DNA of 64,000 nucleotides from an uncultured Nitrosomonas sp. (GTDB lineage Bacteria; Pseudomonadota; Gammaproteobacteria; Burkholderiales; Nitrosomonadaceae): NCBI GenBank assembly GCA_964464365.1, contig CAYXFV010000003.1, positions 4,477 to 68,476 of the forward strand, read 5' to 3'. Shown piece by piece: positions 10,094 to 17,987 of this stretch (position 1 is its first letter; each line of letters starts with the position of its first letter). The notes under the pieces were generated by a model. It saw only the letters and a program-made list of their open reading frames with translations, ran no database searches and was not told where the DNA came from. The position numbers and the translations under genes were made by a program.

Positions 10094-11917
10094 ATGAAGA
10101 AATCATTGTTTTTTCATCGTTTCATGTTGTTCCTGGTGCTTGCATCAGTCACTGTGGAAGGCTTTGCCTGGTGGAACAATGCCTGGCCTTCGCGCAAACA
10201 GTTGTCGGTGGATGCCAGCATCACCGGGGCCGACATTCAAGGGACTGTGCAGGATTTTCCGGTTCTGGTCCGTTTACACAGCGGTAATTTCGGTTTTTTT
10301 CTCGATCTGGCTGAAGATGGCAGAGATCTGCGTTTTATGCAGCAGGATGGCGCCGTGCTGAAACATGATGTTGAGAAAATTGACGTATTGACGGAGCTGG
10401 GGTTGGTGTGGGTCAAGTTGCCTGCAATACGCGGTGGTATCAGCAGCGACAATTTCACCCTGTATTACGGCAATGCCAATGCACCCAATGGGTCGGATAC
10501 GCAAGGCATTTATGATGTCAATCAAATACTGACCTACCATTTCAGGGAAGGCGAGGTACTGCCGCAGGATGCGACGGCGTATGCGCTGCATGCGAGTGAT
10601 TCGAAAGCAGTGATTGATCCGAACGGCTATATTGCGGCGGCTGCGCGTTTTGAAGGACAAGGTGGAATCGGGGTGGAGGCGAATCCGGCGACGGAGATCA
10701 GTCCTGAAAACGGTTGGTCGTTCAGCACCTGGATTAAAATCGAACAGGAGCAGAATGCGACTATTCTGCAGGTAAAAGATGCTGCGGCGGCGCTTGAAAT
10801 AAAGTTGCAAGGTGCATTCATACAGGCAGGCTATCAGAACGGCAATGGTGGCGTCGGCCAAACCGGTGCAGTGGGTTTGAACCTGGGGCAATGGCAGCAT
10901 TTAGCGCTCGTGGTCGAGCAGGATAATCTGCTGCTTTATCTGGATGGTAACCCGGTCGCTAATGCCGCGATTGCATTGAAACCATTTTCACCAGCCATCC
11001 TGATCGGATCATCGGAAGAGGGCGCGCATTTCACCGGCTGGCTGGATGAAGTTCAAATGGCTAAAACGGCGCGCAACGCCGATTGGATTGCATTGCAATT
11101 CCGTAGTCAAAGCCCGGATTTTACCGTCATCAATTTTGGATCGGACGAGTCGGCGGAAGGCGGCAGCAGTATCAATTATGGGCAGGTTATTCTGGAAAAT
11201 CTGACCGTTGACGGCTGGGTGGTGATCGGTTTATGTGGCGTGATGCTGGTCATCGGCATCATGGTGATGATCGGCAAAGGCGTCATGTTGACACACGCGA
11301 AAAAGGAAAATGCCGCGTTCCTGCACCAATACCGGAATATCAATGTTTCTAATCTGGATTCATTGGATCAGGACGATAGCGAAGAAGATAAATTGGATGA
11401 AGATTCTGATTTTCTCGCGATGTTTGGCAAGCACGATCATTTCCAGGGTTCGCCGATTTATCGTGTTTATCATGTCGGCGTGCAGGAGTTACGCAAGCGC
11501 ATCAACGGCGGTAATACAGCACTGAGTTCTGAGACATTAAGCGTGATCCGCGCCCGGCTTGATGCGGCGGTCGTGCGGGAGCATCAGCGGCTCAACAAAA
11601 ATATGGTGCTGTTGACGATTTCGATTTCCGGCGGTCCGTTTCTTGGTCTGCTCGGTACGGTCATGGGCGTGATGATCACTTTTGCAGCGATCGCGGCAAC
11701 CGGCGATATCAATATCAATTCGATCGCGCCCGGTATTTCCGCAGCACTTGCGGCGACTGTCGCAGGTCTTGCCGTTGCGATTCCTACTTTGTTTGCTTAC
11801 AACTACCTGCTGGTGCAGATCAAGGACGTTACGGCGGATATGCATGTTTTCACGGATGAATTCCTGGCCGTTGTGTCCGAACGTGTCGCCGAGCGGCAGA
11901 AAAGGAGTCGGTCATGA
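10094..11917 (+). CDS. ExbB/TolQ/MotA-family proton channel fused to N-terminal DUF2341 and LamG/ConA-like periplasmic domains
   Basis: Signal peptide, then WWNNAW..RK and DFPVLVRLHSGNF.F (DUF2341-like), a LamG-like region (WSFSTWIK, WQHLALV, FTGWLDEV), a TM segment, and the C-terminal ExbB motif TISISGGPFLGLLGTVMGVMITF...APGISAALAATVAGLAVAIP. Confidence 0.9.
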   Translation: MKKSLFFHRFMLFLVLASVTVEGFAWWNNAWPSRKQLSVDASITGADIQGTVQDFPVLVRLHSGNFGFFLDLAEDGRDLRFMQQDGAVLKHDVEKIDVLTELGLVWVKLPAIRGGISSDNFTLYYGNANAPNGSDTQGIYDVNQILTYHFREGEVLPQDATAYALHASDSKAVIDPNGYIAAAARFEGQGGIGVEANPATEISPENGWSFSTWIKIEQEQNATILQVKDAAAALEIKLQGAFIQAGYQNGNGGVGQTGAVGLNLGQWQHLALVVEQDNLLLYLDGNPVANAAIALKPFSPAILIGSSEEGAHFTGWLDEVQMAKTARNADWIALQFRSQSPDFTVINFGSDESAEGGSSINYGQVILENLTVDGWVVIGLCGVMLVIGIMVMIGKGVMLTHAKKENAAFLHQYRNINVSNLDSLDQDDSEEDKLDEDSDFLAMFGKHDHFQGSPIYRVYHVGVQELRKRINGGNTALSSETLSVIRARLDAAVVREHQRLNKNMVLLTISISGGPFLGLLGTVMGVMITFAAIAATGDININSIAPGISAALAATVAGLAVAIPTLFAYNYLLVQIKDVTADMHVFTDEFLAVVSERVAERQKRSRS

Positions 11918-12318
11918 AAGCCGGGGAAGACGATAAAGTATACGACGATATCAATATCACCCCCATGCTGGATGTCGCTTATGTGCTGGTGATTGTTTTC
12001 ATCATCATGACTACGGCGTCGATTGAGGGCATCACAGTCAATTTGCCTAAGGCCAGTAGCACGCCGTCATTAAGCAAACCGAAAACCAAAGCGATTTCAA
12101 TTACCCAGGACGGTACGATTTATCTGGATACTTATCCGGTGTCGATTACCGAACTGGAAACCCGGTTAGGTCAATACAAAGCCGCCAATCCCGATTTGCC
12201 GGTAGTCCTCAAAGCGGACGCCACGATTCAATATGAGCGCGTCATTGAAGTACTGGATGTGGTGTCGCGGCTCGAGATCAGTCAATTGGGGCTGGTGACG
12301 CAAAAACTTGTGAAATGA
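11914..12318 (+). CDS. exbD: Biopolymer transport protein ExbD/TolR
   Basis: DDINITPMLDVAYVLVIVFII motif; VVLKADATIQYERVIEVLD; 4-bp overlap (ATGA) with the exbB-like gene. Confidence 0.92.
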   Translation: MKAGEDDKVYDDINITPMLDVAYVLVIVFIIMTTASIEGITVNLPKASSTPSLSKPKTKAISITQDGTIYLDTYPVSITELETRLGQYKAANPDLPVVLKADATIQYERVIEVLDVVSRLEISQLGLVTQKLVK

Positions 12319-12330
12319 GGCTGACCTGAA

Positions 12331-13014
12331 GTGAAAAAAAACGATAACTGGTTGCGCCGCTTGCCTGTCATTGTCGGGGTGATACTGGCGCTGATTATTG
12401 CTGTGACTATTTATTACATACAGAGTCAATTCGATAAACCGGTGCAGACTCGAAAACCGGTTCAGCATATCACCGTCATTCAACCGCCGCCGCCACCGCC
12501 ACCACCACCGCCACCGCCAGAGGAAAAGATACCGGAACCGGAGCCGCAGGTAATCGAAGAACCCCAGCCTGACAATGAACCGGAACCCTCGCAGGATGAC
12601 GCCGATGCAGATACGCCTGCAGGCGATGAATTAGGGCTGGATGCCGAAGGCGGCGCGGGTAGCGATGGTTTCGGTTTGCTCGGCAGAAAAGGCGGGCGTG
12701 GCTTGCTGGGCGGCGGGGGCGGTGGCAATGCCATTCTGTGGTATGGCAACCAGGTCAAGCGCGGCCTGGAAGAAGAATTGCAAACGCTGCTGGCGGGTAG
12801 TGCCGCGCGCAAGGAAGGCTATAGCGTGCAGCTCAATATCTGGGTCAATCCTGACGGACGAATCGGTCGCGCGGAATTGGCTGGCACCAGCGGCAAAAGA
12901 GAAGTTGACCAGAGTATCCAGACCGCTTTGCCAAAGCTGCGCATAGCGATCGGAAAAGCGCCGCCGGAAAATATGCCGCAGCCGCTGAGAATCAGGTTGA
13001 CATCTAAGATTTAA
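12331..13014 (+). CDS. TonB-family energy transducer
   Basis: N-terminal TM anchor, 12-Pro run and Pro/Glu-rich linker, C-terminal TonB_C-like domain (VQLNIWVNPDGRIGRAELAGTSGKREVDQSIQTAL). Confidence 0.85.
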   Translation: MKKNDNWLRRLPVIVGVILALIIAVTIYYIQSQFDKPVQTRKPVQHITVIQPPPPPPPPPPPPEEKIPEPEPQVIEEPQPDNEPEPSQDDADADTPAGDELGLDAEGGAGSDGFGLLGRKGGRGLLGGGGGGNAILWYGNQVKRGLEEELQTLLAGSAARKEGYSVQLNIWVNPDGRIGRAELAGTSGKREVDQSIQTALPKLRIAIGKAPPENMPQPLRIRLTSKI

Positions 13015-13062
13015 CGCGATTTGGAAATATAACAAATCAATAACTTAATAATAATTTATACC

Positions 13063-14916
13063 GTGAGAAACATAATGATTTCGAGAATTATCATTACCGC
13101 TTTCCTGATCAGTTTAGTGCCGATACCGGTTATGGCCGATGAAAAGCGTGAATTGATTCAGCTCAAGGAAAAAATTGCCAGCGAGTTCGAAGAGTTGCTG
13201 GAGTTGAAAAATACCACGATCAATTTGATCGAATTATTTGTAGAGCAAGGATTAATCGATAGAGAAAAGGCCGCGGTACTGATCAATGCAGCGCAACAGA
13301 AAGCGGCGCAGGAAGCCCAGGCGAAAACCACGCGGGAACGCATCGAAGAGAGACGGGTCGCTGAAACGAGCGCCGTGGCACCCCCTGTTGAAAAAGGCAA
13401 AGGATCGGTTTTTGTCGGTTATGTGCCGGATTTCGTGCGGGAGGAAATTCGTGAGCAGGTTCGCGCGGATTTGAAGGACGAAGTGGTACAGGAAGTTAAA
13501 GATCATGCCAAGTCGGAAGCCTGGGGGGTTCCGGCAGCGCTGCCGGAATGGCTGAACAGAACCCGATTTACGTTTGATATGCGCTTACGGGGATCGAATG
13601 ACTTTTTTGGTAGTAAAAACGCGCCACACCTCGATTATATGGCTATCAACCGGGAAGGCGGGCATATTCCGGCTTTTCAACGAAACGAGGAATTTTTGAA
13701 TACCGAGCATGATCGCTGGACTTTCAGTCAGCGTTTTCGTGCGGGCCTGGAGATTGATATTACGGATAGTCTTACAGCCGGTGTGCGATTGGCAACCAGT
13801 AACATGAGAAGCCCGGTTTCTAATGATCAGAGTCTGGGCGTTACCGGGCAAAGCTACGAGATTGCAATCGATCGAGGATTTCTGCAGTACAACCATCGTG
13901 ACGAGAAAGGCAACAACTTGTTCAGCGTTTACGGTGGCCGTTTCCGCAATCCGTTCTTCTCGACGGATGTGGTGTACGATTCCGATTTAAGCTTTGAAGG
14001 GATCGCTGCAACATTCGGCAAGCGTTTTAATGAAGATGCGCCGAATATTAAAGACTATCGGCCACCGACATTGGTTGATCTGGGCGGGCGCTTTGGTATT
14101 AATATGGGGCCGCAAGTACCGAATACCGTGTTTTTTACCGTAGGTGCTTTTCCGATTCAGGAGGTCAATCTTTCGGAAAGGGATAAATGGCTGTTCGGTG
14201 GTCAGGTCGGTGTCGACTGGCTGGTTCATGATCAATCCCGCTTCAAAATGGCAACGAGCTTTTACCACTACCAGAATATCCGCGCTCGTGCCAATTCGAT
14301 CAATAGTTTCACCTATGACTGGACCGCGCCACAATTCGTGCAAGGCGGCAATACGATGGTACCTATTAACGTCAATGAGGGTAATGAACTTGACGGCACG
14401 CCGATCAATAGCCGTTGTACCAATACGCAAAGTTTCGTAGGACAGGGTTGCCTGTATGGATTGGCATCGGGTTTCAATATCTTCAATTTTACAGCGTTGT
14501 ACGATTATGCCGGTTTTGCTCCGATCAACGTGATGTTCACCTTTGATTTTACTAAAAACTTTGGTTATAACGCCAACCGGATACAAAATGAATTCAGTAA
14601 TCGCCTGGCGGATAATCGGAGTAAAACCACGGCTTACCAGTTCAGGATAGATGTGGGTGACCGCGACGCGCTCAAATTTAAAAACTGGAATGCATTCTTT
14701 GCCTATCGTTATATCGAGAGAGACGCCGTGCTCGATGCCTTTACCGATTCGGTATTCCATTCAGGCGGAACCAACTCGCAAGGCTGGTGGATTGGCGGTA
14801 ACTACGGGTTAGCCAATAATACCTGGGTGAATCTCCGCTGGGTCAGCGCTTCCGCGATTAGCGGCCCTACATACAATGTAGATTCGGTGTTTCTGGATCT
14901 GAATATCCGTTTTTAG
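13063..14916 (+). CDS. Outer-membrane beta-barrel ('putative porin' family) with N-terminal helical/coiled-coil extension
   Basis: Signal peptide (probable ATG start at 13075), about 130 aa helical region, then amphipathic beta-strands. Ends in the barrel signal VFLDLNIRF. DAVLDAFTDSVFHSGGTNSQGW motif. Confidence 0.8.
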   Translation: MRNIMISRIIITAFLISLVPIPVMADEKRELIQLKEKIASEFEELLELKNTTINLIELFVEQGLIDREKAAVLINAAQQKAAQEAQAKTTRERIEERRVAETSAVAPPVEKGKGSVFVGYVPDFVREEIREQVRADLKDEVVQEVKDHAKSEAWGVPAALPEWLNRTRFTFDMRLRGSNDFFGSKNAPHLDYMAINREGGHIPAFQRNEEFLNTEHDRWTFSQRFRAGLEIDITDSLTAGVRLATSNMRSPVSNDQSLGVTGQSYEIAIDRGFLQYNHRDEKGNNLFSVYGGRFRNPFFSTDVVYDSDLSFEGIAATFGKRFNEDAPNIKDYRPPTLVDLGGRFGINMGPQVPNTVFFTVGAFPIQEVNLSERDKWLFGGQVGVDWLVHDQSRFKMATSFYHYQNIRARANSINSFTYDWTAPQFVQGGNTMVPINVNEGNELDGTPINSRCTNTQSFVGQGCLYGLASGFNIFNFTALYDYAGFAPINVMFTFDFTKNFGYNANRIQNEFSNRLADNRSKTTAYQFRIDVGDRDALKFKNWNAFFAYRYIERDAVLDAFTDSVFHSGGTNSQGWWIGGNYGLANNTWVNLRWVSASAISGPTYNVDSVFLDLNIRF

Positions 14917-14933
14917 TTGAGAGGCTTGGATCG

Positions 14934-15587
14934 ATGAAGAAGAATGGATCAGTTGCAATCGTTTTTTTATTGTTTTACGTGCTGGCATCGAATGCGCCGA
15001 TGACTTATGCGCAGGGCGTCAAGCAAAGCAATGCCGCCGATCAGGCGCTGAGAAAAGCACAGGGAATGTTGCGGCAATTGGGGCAGGAAAAAGCCGCACT
15101 GGAATCAGAAAAATCAGAACTTTTGCAGCAACTGAAACATCTTGAAGCCGAGGTTAAACAGTTGCGCCCGCTACAGCAGGACGTTGAGCGCTATCGTGCT
15201 GAAATGGGCAGTCTTCAAGGTGTCACAAACAAGCTGCGGTCGAATTTAGACAAAGCGCATCAGCAGGAACAGGTGCGGTCAGAGAGACAGCAGAAAATAA
15301 TTGACCAGGCGCGTCAAATTCAAAGCGACAATCAGTTACTGGTCAATGCCGTACAGGAGCGTGAACAATGGATCGGTGTTTGCGCAGCAAATAATATCAA
15401 TCTGGTTGAAATCAACCAGGAATTGCTGGATCAATACCAGAAGAAAGGTTTTTTTCAAAAACTGGGTAAACTGGATCTGCTGACCGGTGTTGCGAATGTT
15501 GCTGCTGAAAATCTGGTGGAAAATTATCAATACCGGCTGGAGGATTTGGCGGTTACTCAGCATCAAACCGTGATTGAGGACTATTAA
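14934..15587 (+). CDS. Exported coiled-coil hypothetical protein, last gene of the TonB-type operon
   Basis: Signal peptide followed by a long Q/E/K/L heptad-rich helix; 17 bp after the porin stop. Confidence 0.75.
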   Translation: MKKNGSVAIVFLLFYVLASNAPMTYAQGVKQSNAADQALRKAQGMLRQLGQEKAALESEKSELLQQLKHLEAEVKQLRPLQQDVERYRAEMGSLQGVTNKLRSNLDKAHQQEQVRSERQQKIIDQARQIQSDNQLLVNAVQEREQWIGVCAANNINLVEINQELLDQYQKKGFFQKLGKLDLLTGVANVAAENLVENYQYRLEDLAVTQHQTVIEDY

Positions 15588-15707
15588 TATCTCGCTGAAG
15601 GGGCGCATTGCGGCGTTAAAATCGAACTCAAAATACTCACATACTTCAAGTATGCTGCGCTTTTTTGTTCAATTTTGCCTTGCACTGAACCCCTTGATCG
15701 AGATATT
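15586..15707. repeat. 122-bp palindromic MITE/REP-like element, copy 1
   Basis: Terminal IR aatatctcg...cgagatatt; inner arms aaaatcgaac/gttcaatttt; central hairpin catac-ttcaa-gtatg. Near-identical to 41040-41161. Lies between convergent genes. Confidence 0.85.
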
Positions 15708-15754
15708 GAATTGATTTTGGGCAGGTTCCAAGGAAGCTCTGGATAAGAAGAACT

Positions 15755-15784
15755 GCCGGATTACGCAAGCTCAATCCGGCCTAC
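15755..15784 (-). repeat. GTAG-type REP-like hairpin, copy 1
   Basis: Minus strand reads GTAG-GCCGGATT-gagcttgcgt-AATCCGGC (8-bp perfect stem). Overlaps the acyltransferase stop codon. Confidence 0.65.
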
Positions 15785-16853
15785 TCCGATTTTGATAAAA
15801 CCGTAAAGCATAGTGCCGTCCGAAATTGCGCATGGGGTTTTCCAGAATTCTGTACATGACAGCGGAAATAATCAAGGTGGCCAGTATCGACGCGATGAAC
15901 AGCGCAACGCCCGTGAACTCAAGAAATGTCTCCATGAAGGGCGGTATGGCGTTGTGAAACAGATAAACGCCATAACTGAGATTACCCATGATGCCCGCCA
16001 GCCAGATCAATGATGCCGTATTGTTCGCGTGCCGGTAAAATGCCACGCAGGCGATGATGATCCACTGGTATCCGAGCGCACACAGCAGATTGAACAAACC
16101 GTGAGTCATGCCGGAAATCATGCTGCCGCCATGCGTGACAAAGCCATAACCTAAAGCGGACAGTAGAAGCAGCCCCGCGATGCCATACAGCATACCCGCC
16201 AGTCTGCCGCAATTGCTGCTGATCAGGTAAGCCAGCGTACCCAGTAGAAATTCCGGCAGAATACTGATCAGGTGATGGGTAACAACCAGCCTTACATACG
16301 TATTTTCCGGTAGAAAATGATGCGCCCATAAGCCCGACAACAGTGACAATCCAGAGAGGAACAGCAATACCGGCAAGGTATTGCGTATTTTCAGAAAAAC
16401 CAGCAGCCCGATTAACAGATAGTACTCAACCTCGACCGGGAGAGACCAGAAGGCGGGATTATAGTAAAAGGCGATTTCTTTCGAGACCGTGGTATGCAGA
16501 AACAGGGCGTGTTGAAGAATGATGCCGCTATCCCATGTTTTGTGCGGCAGCAGGGCATAAAAAATAATCGCGAACAGAAACAGCGGATAGATTCTGAAAG
16601 CACGCCGGATGGCAAAAGCGGCGATATTTTCCCGCGCCGGTGAGAGCAGCAAAGGCGCAAAAACAAATCCACTGATGACAAAGAAGAAATCCACGCCGGT
16701 GTACAGAAAATTCAACCAGCTGCGCTCCGTACCCTGAATCAACACGGCATAATGGCAGAGCATGACCATAATTGCGGCGATTCCGCGCAATAATTCGATG
16801 ACCGGATTAACATTCGGAGATGGGTGGCCGACATTGATTCCGGAATTCATCAT
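15771..16853 (-). CDS. Acyltransferase-3 (OafA-like) membrane O-acyltransferase
   Basis: IELLRGIAAIMVMLCH, GVDFFFVISGF, RRAFRIYP, FWSLPVEVEYY and SYGVYLFH motifs; multiple TM helices. Confidence 0.9.
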   Translation of the reverse strand: MMNSGINVGHPSPNVNPVIELLRGIAAIMVMLCHYAVLIQGTERSWLNFLYTGVDFFFVISGFVFAPLLLSPARENIAAFAIRRAFRIYPLFLFAIIFYALLPHKTWDSGIILQHALFLHTTVSKEIAFYYNPAFWSLPVEVEYYLLIGLLVFLKIRNTLPVLLFLSGLSLLSGLWAHHFLPENTYVRLVVTHHLISILPEFLLGTLAYLISSNCGRLAGMLYGIAGLLLLSALGYGFVTHGGSMISGMTHGLFNLLCALGYQWIIIACVAFYRHANNTASLIWLAGIMGNLSYGVYLFHNAIPPFMETFLEFTGVALFIASILATLIISAVMYRILENPMRNFGRHYALRFYQNRSRPD

Positions 16854-16896
16854 TCTGGCTTGTTAACCCGCGTAATCACGTAACTACATAATCTGC

Positions 16897-16925
16897 GTAG
16901 GCCGATTAGCTTTGCGTAATCGGGC
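16897..16925 (+). repeat. GTAG-type REP-like hairpin, copy 2
   Basis: gtaggccgattagctttgcgtaatcgggc with stem ccgatta/taatcgg. Highly similar to the reverse complement of 15755-15784. Confidence 0.6.
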
Positions 16926-16961
16926 TTTTGCATTCATTCCACCGCAATCGGGCATGTTGTT

Positions 16962-17945
16962 CTAATGGAAATCGGTATCTCCACACATCAGCCACCAATA
17001 TAAATGTCGTTCGTCAATCAGCTGTTTGTAATCGGGGGTGACATAAACACCGGAAACCTCGTTTGCCGCCGAGGGTTCGGGCAGATATTCAAGAATTGCG
17101 GGTGTCATCCAGCTGAACAATCGTTTCCGCGCCGCGCGGCTGGCGATATGGCGTGCGGTTTCTAATAAAGCCGTCATGGATTCAGGCGGCCCCAGCAGAT
17201 CCAGCAATTCCATGTCGTTGCTGGCTTCATGGTCGCGCAAAATGATGATGCCCATAACGGTATTGTTCCAGCGTTTTGCAACGATATACGCGGCATAGGT
17301 ATGGCTGGGATGGTTCAAATAGCGCCATTTAAAAAAACCGGCATCTTTCCGGGGAATCAGGCAATCCGGCAGGGCGGATCGCATGGTTTGCCAGAGGGTA
17401 TCGATGATCGCCCCGTCTTGCAAGGTCAGCAACCGGGTTTTGAACTGCAAAGGCATACGCAACCGGTGGGTTTGCAGTGCCCAGCTGGCCTCCAGAAAAG
17501 TGTCTGAACGGGTATACCAGCCTGTTTTTTCACCCAGCCTGGCGTGCCGGTGAGAAGGAAAGCCAAAAGCAAAGCGATAAGGCTTACCCGGCCCAGCCTG
17601 TTCGCTCAGAAAAGTGTCCGCAGTACGCATAAACGGGCCTCTGCGTGTCAGAATGCCGCGCATTCGGGGCGCCACCATGACATCGCAGATTTGCGCCGCA
17701 TTTACCGTTGCGCCATTCAGGCTGAATGTCCGGGGTATGCTGCCATAGTAAGCGATGACGTCGTTTCCCGTGTGCGCCAGCATGCCGGGTTTGTCCTGCC
17801 AGGCGTATTTCCATTGCCAGAGACCGTCGGGCATGATCTGGCCGAATGAAGTTTTAAAAAGATCGAGCAAAGCGTCCTGATCATTCCGGGTGGCCCAGCG
17901 GCATTGCCACTTCAGATGGTTCTGGGTGTTTTCGGTGCGTTTCAT
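16962..17945 (-). CDS. GNAT-family N-acyltransferase associated with polysaccharide export genes
   Basis: WQWKY, AAQICDVMVAPRMRG and FAFGFP motifs of tandem-GNAT proteins; co-oriented downstream of wzt. Confidence 0.75.
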   Translation of the reverse strand: MKRTENTQNHLKWQCRWATRNDQDALLDLFKTSFGQIMPDGLWQWKYAWQDKPGMLAHTGNDVIAYYGSIPRTFSLNGATVNAAQICDVMVAPRMRGILTRRGPFMRTADTFLSEQAGPGKPYRFAFGFPSHRHARLGEKTGWYTRSDTFLEASWALQTHRLRMPLQFKTRLLTLQDGAIIDTLWQTMRSALPDCLIPRKDAGFFKWRYLNHPSHTYAAYIVAKRWNNTVMGIIILRDHEASNDMELLDLLGPPESMTALLETARHIASRAARKRLFSWMTPAILEYLPEPSAANEVSGVYVTPDYKQLIDERHLYWWLMCGDTDFH

Positions 17946-17987
17946 GATCGCTCTGTTGGTCGGATTCGTTCTGTGCGTGGCAGTTAT

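Noticed and set aside
12484-12519. ccg/cca run as a phase-variable microsatellite
   Set aside because: Mixed synonymous codons encoding the 12-Pro TonB linker; not a pure repeat.
13015-13062. AT-rich spacer before the porin gene as a Fur box or internal promoter
   Set aside because: Only weak resemblance to GATAATGATAATCATTATC; cannot be supported without a PWM scan.
13987-14760. 257-aa minus-strand ORF inside the porin gene
   Set aside because: Antisense shadow frame.
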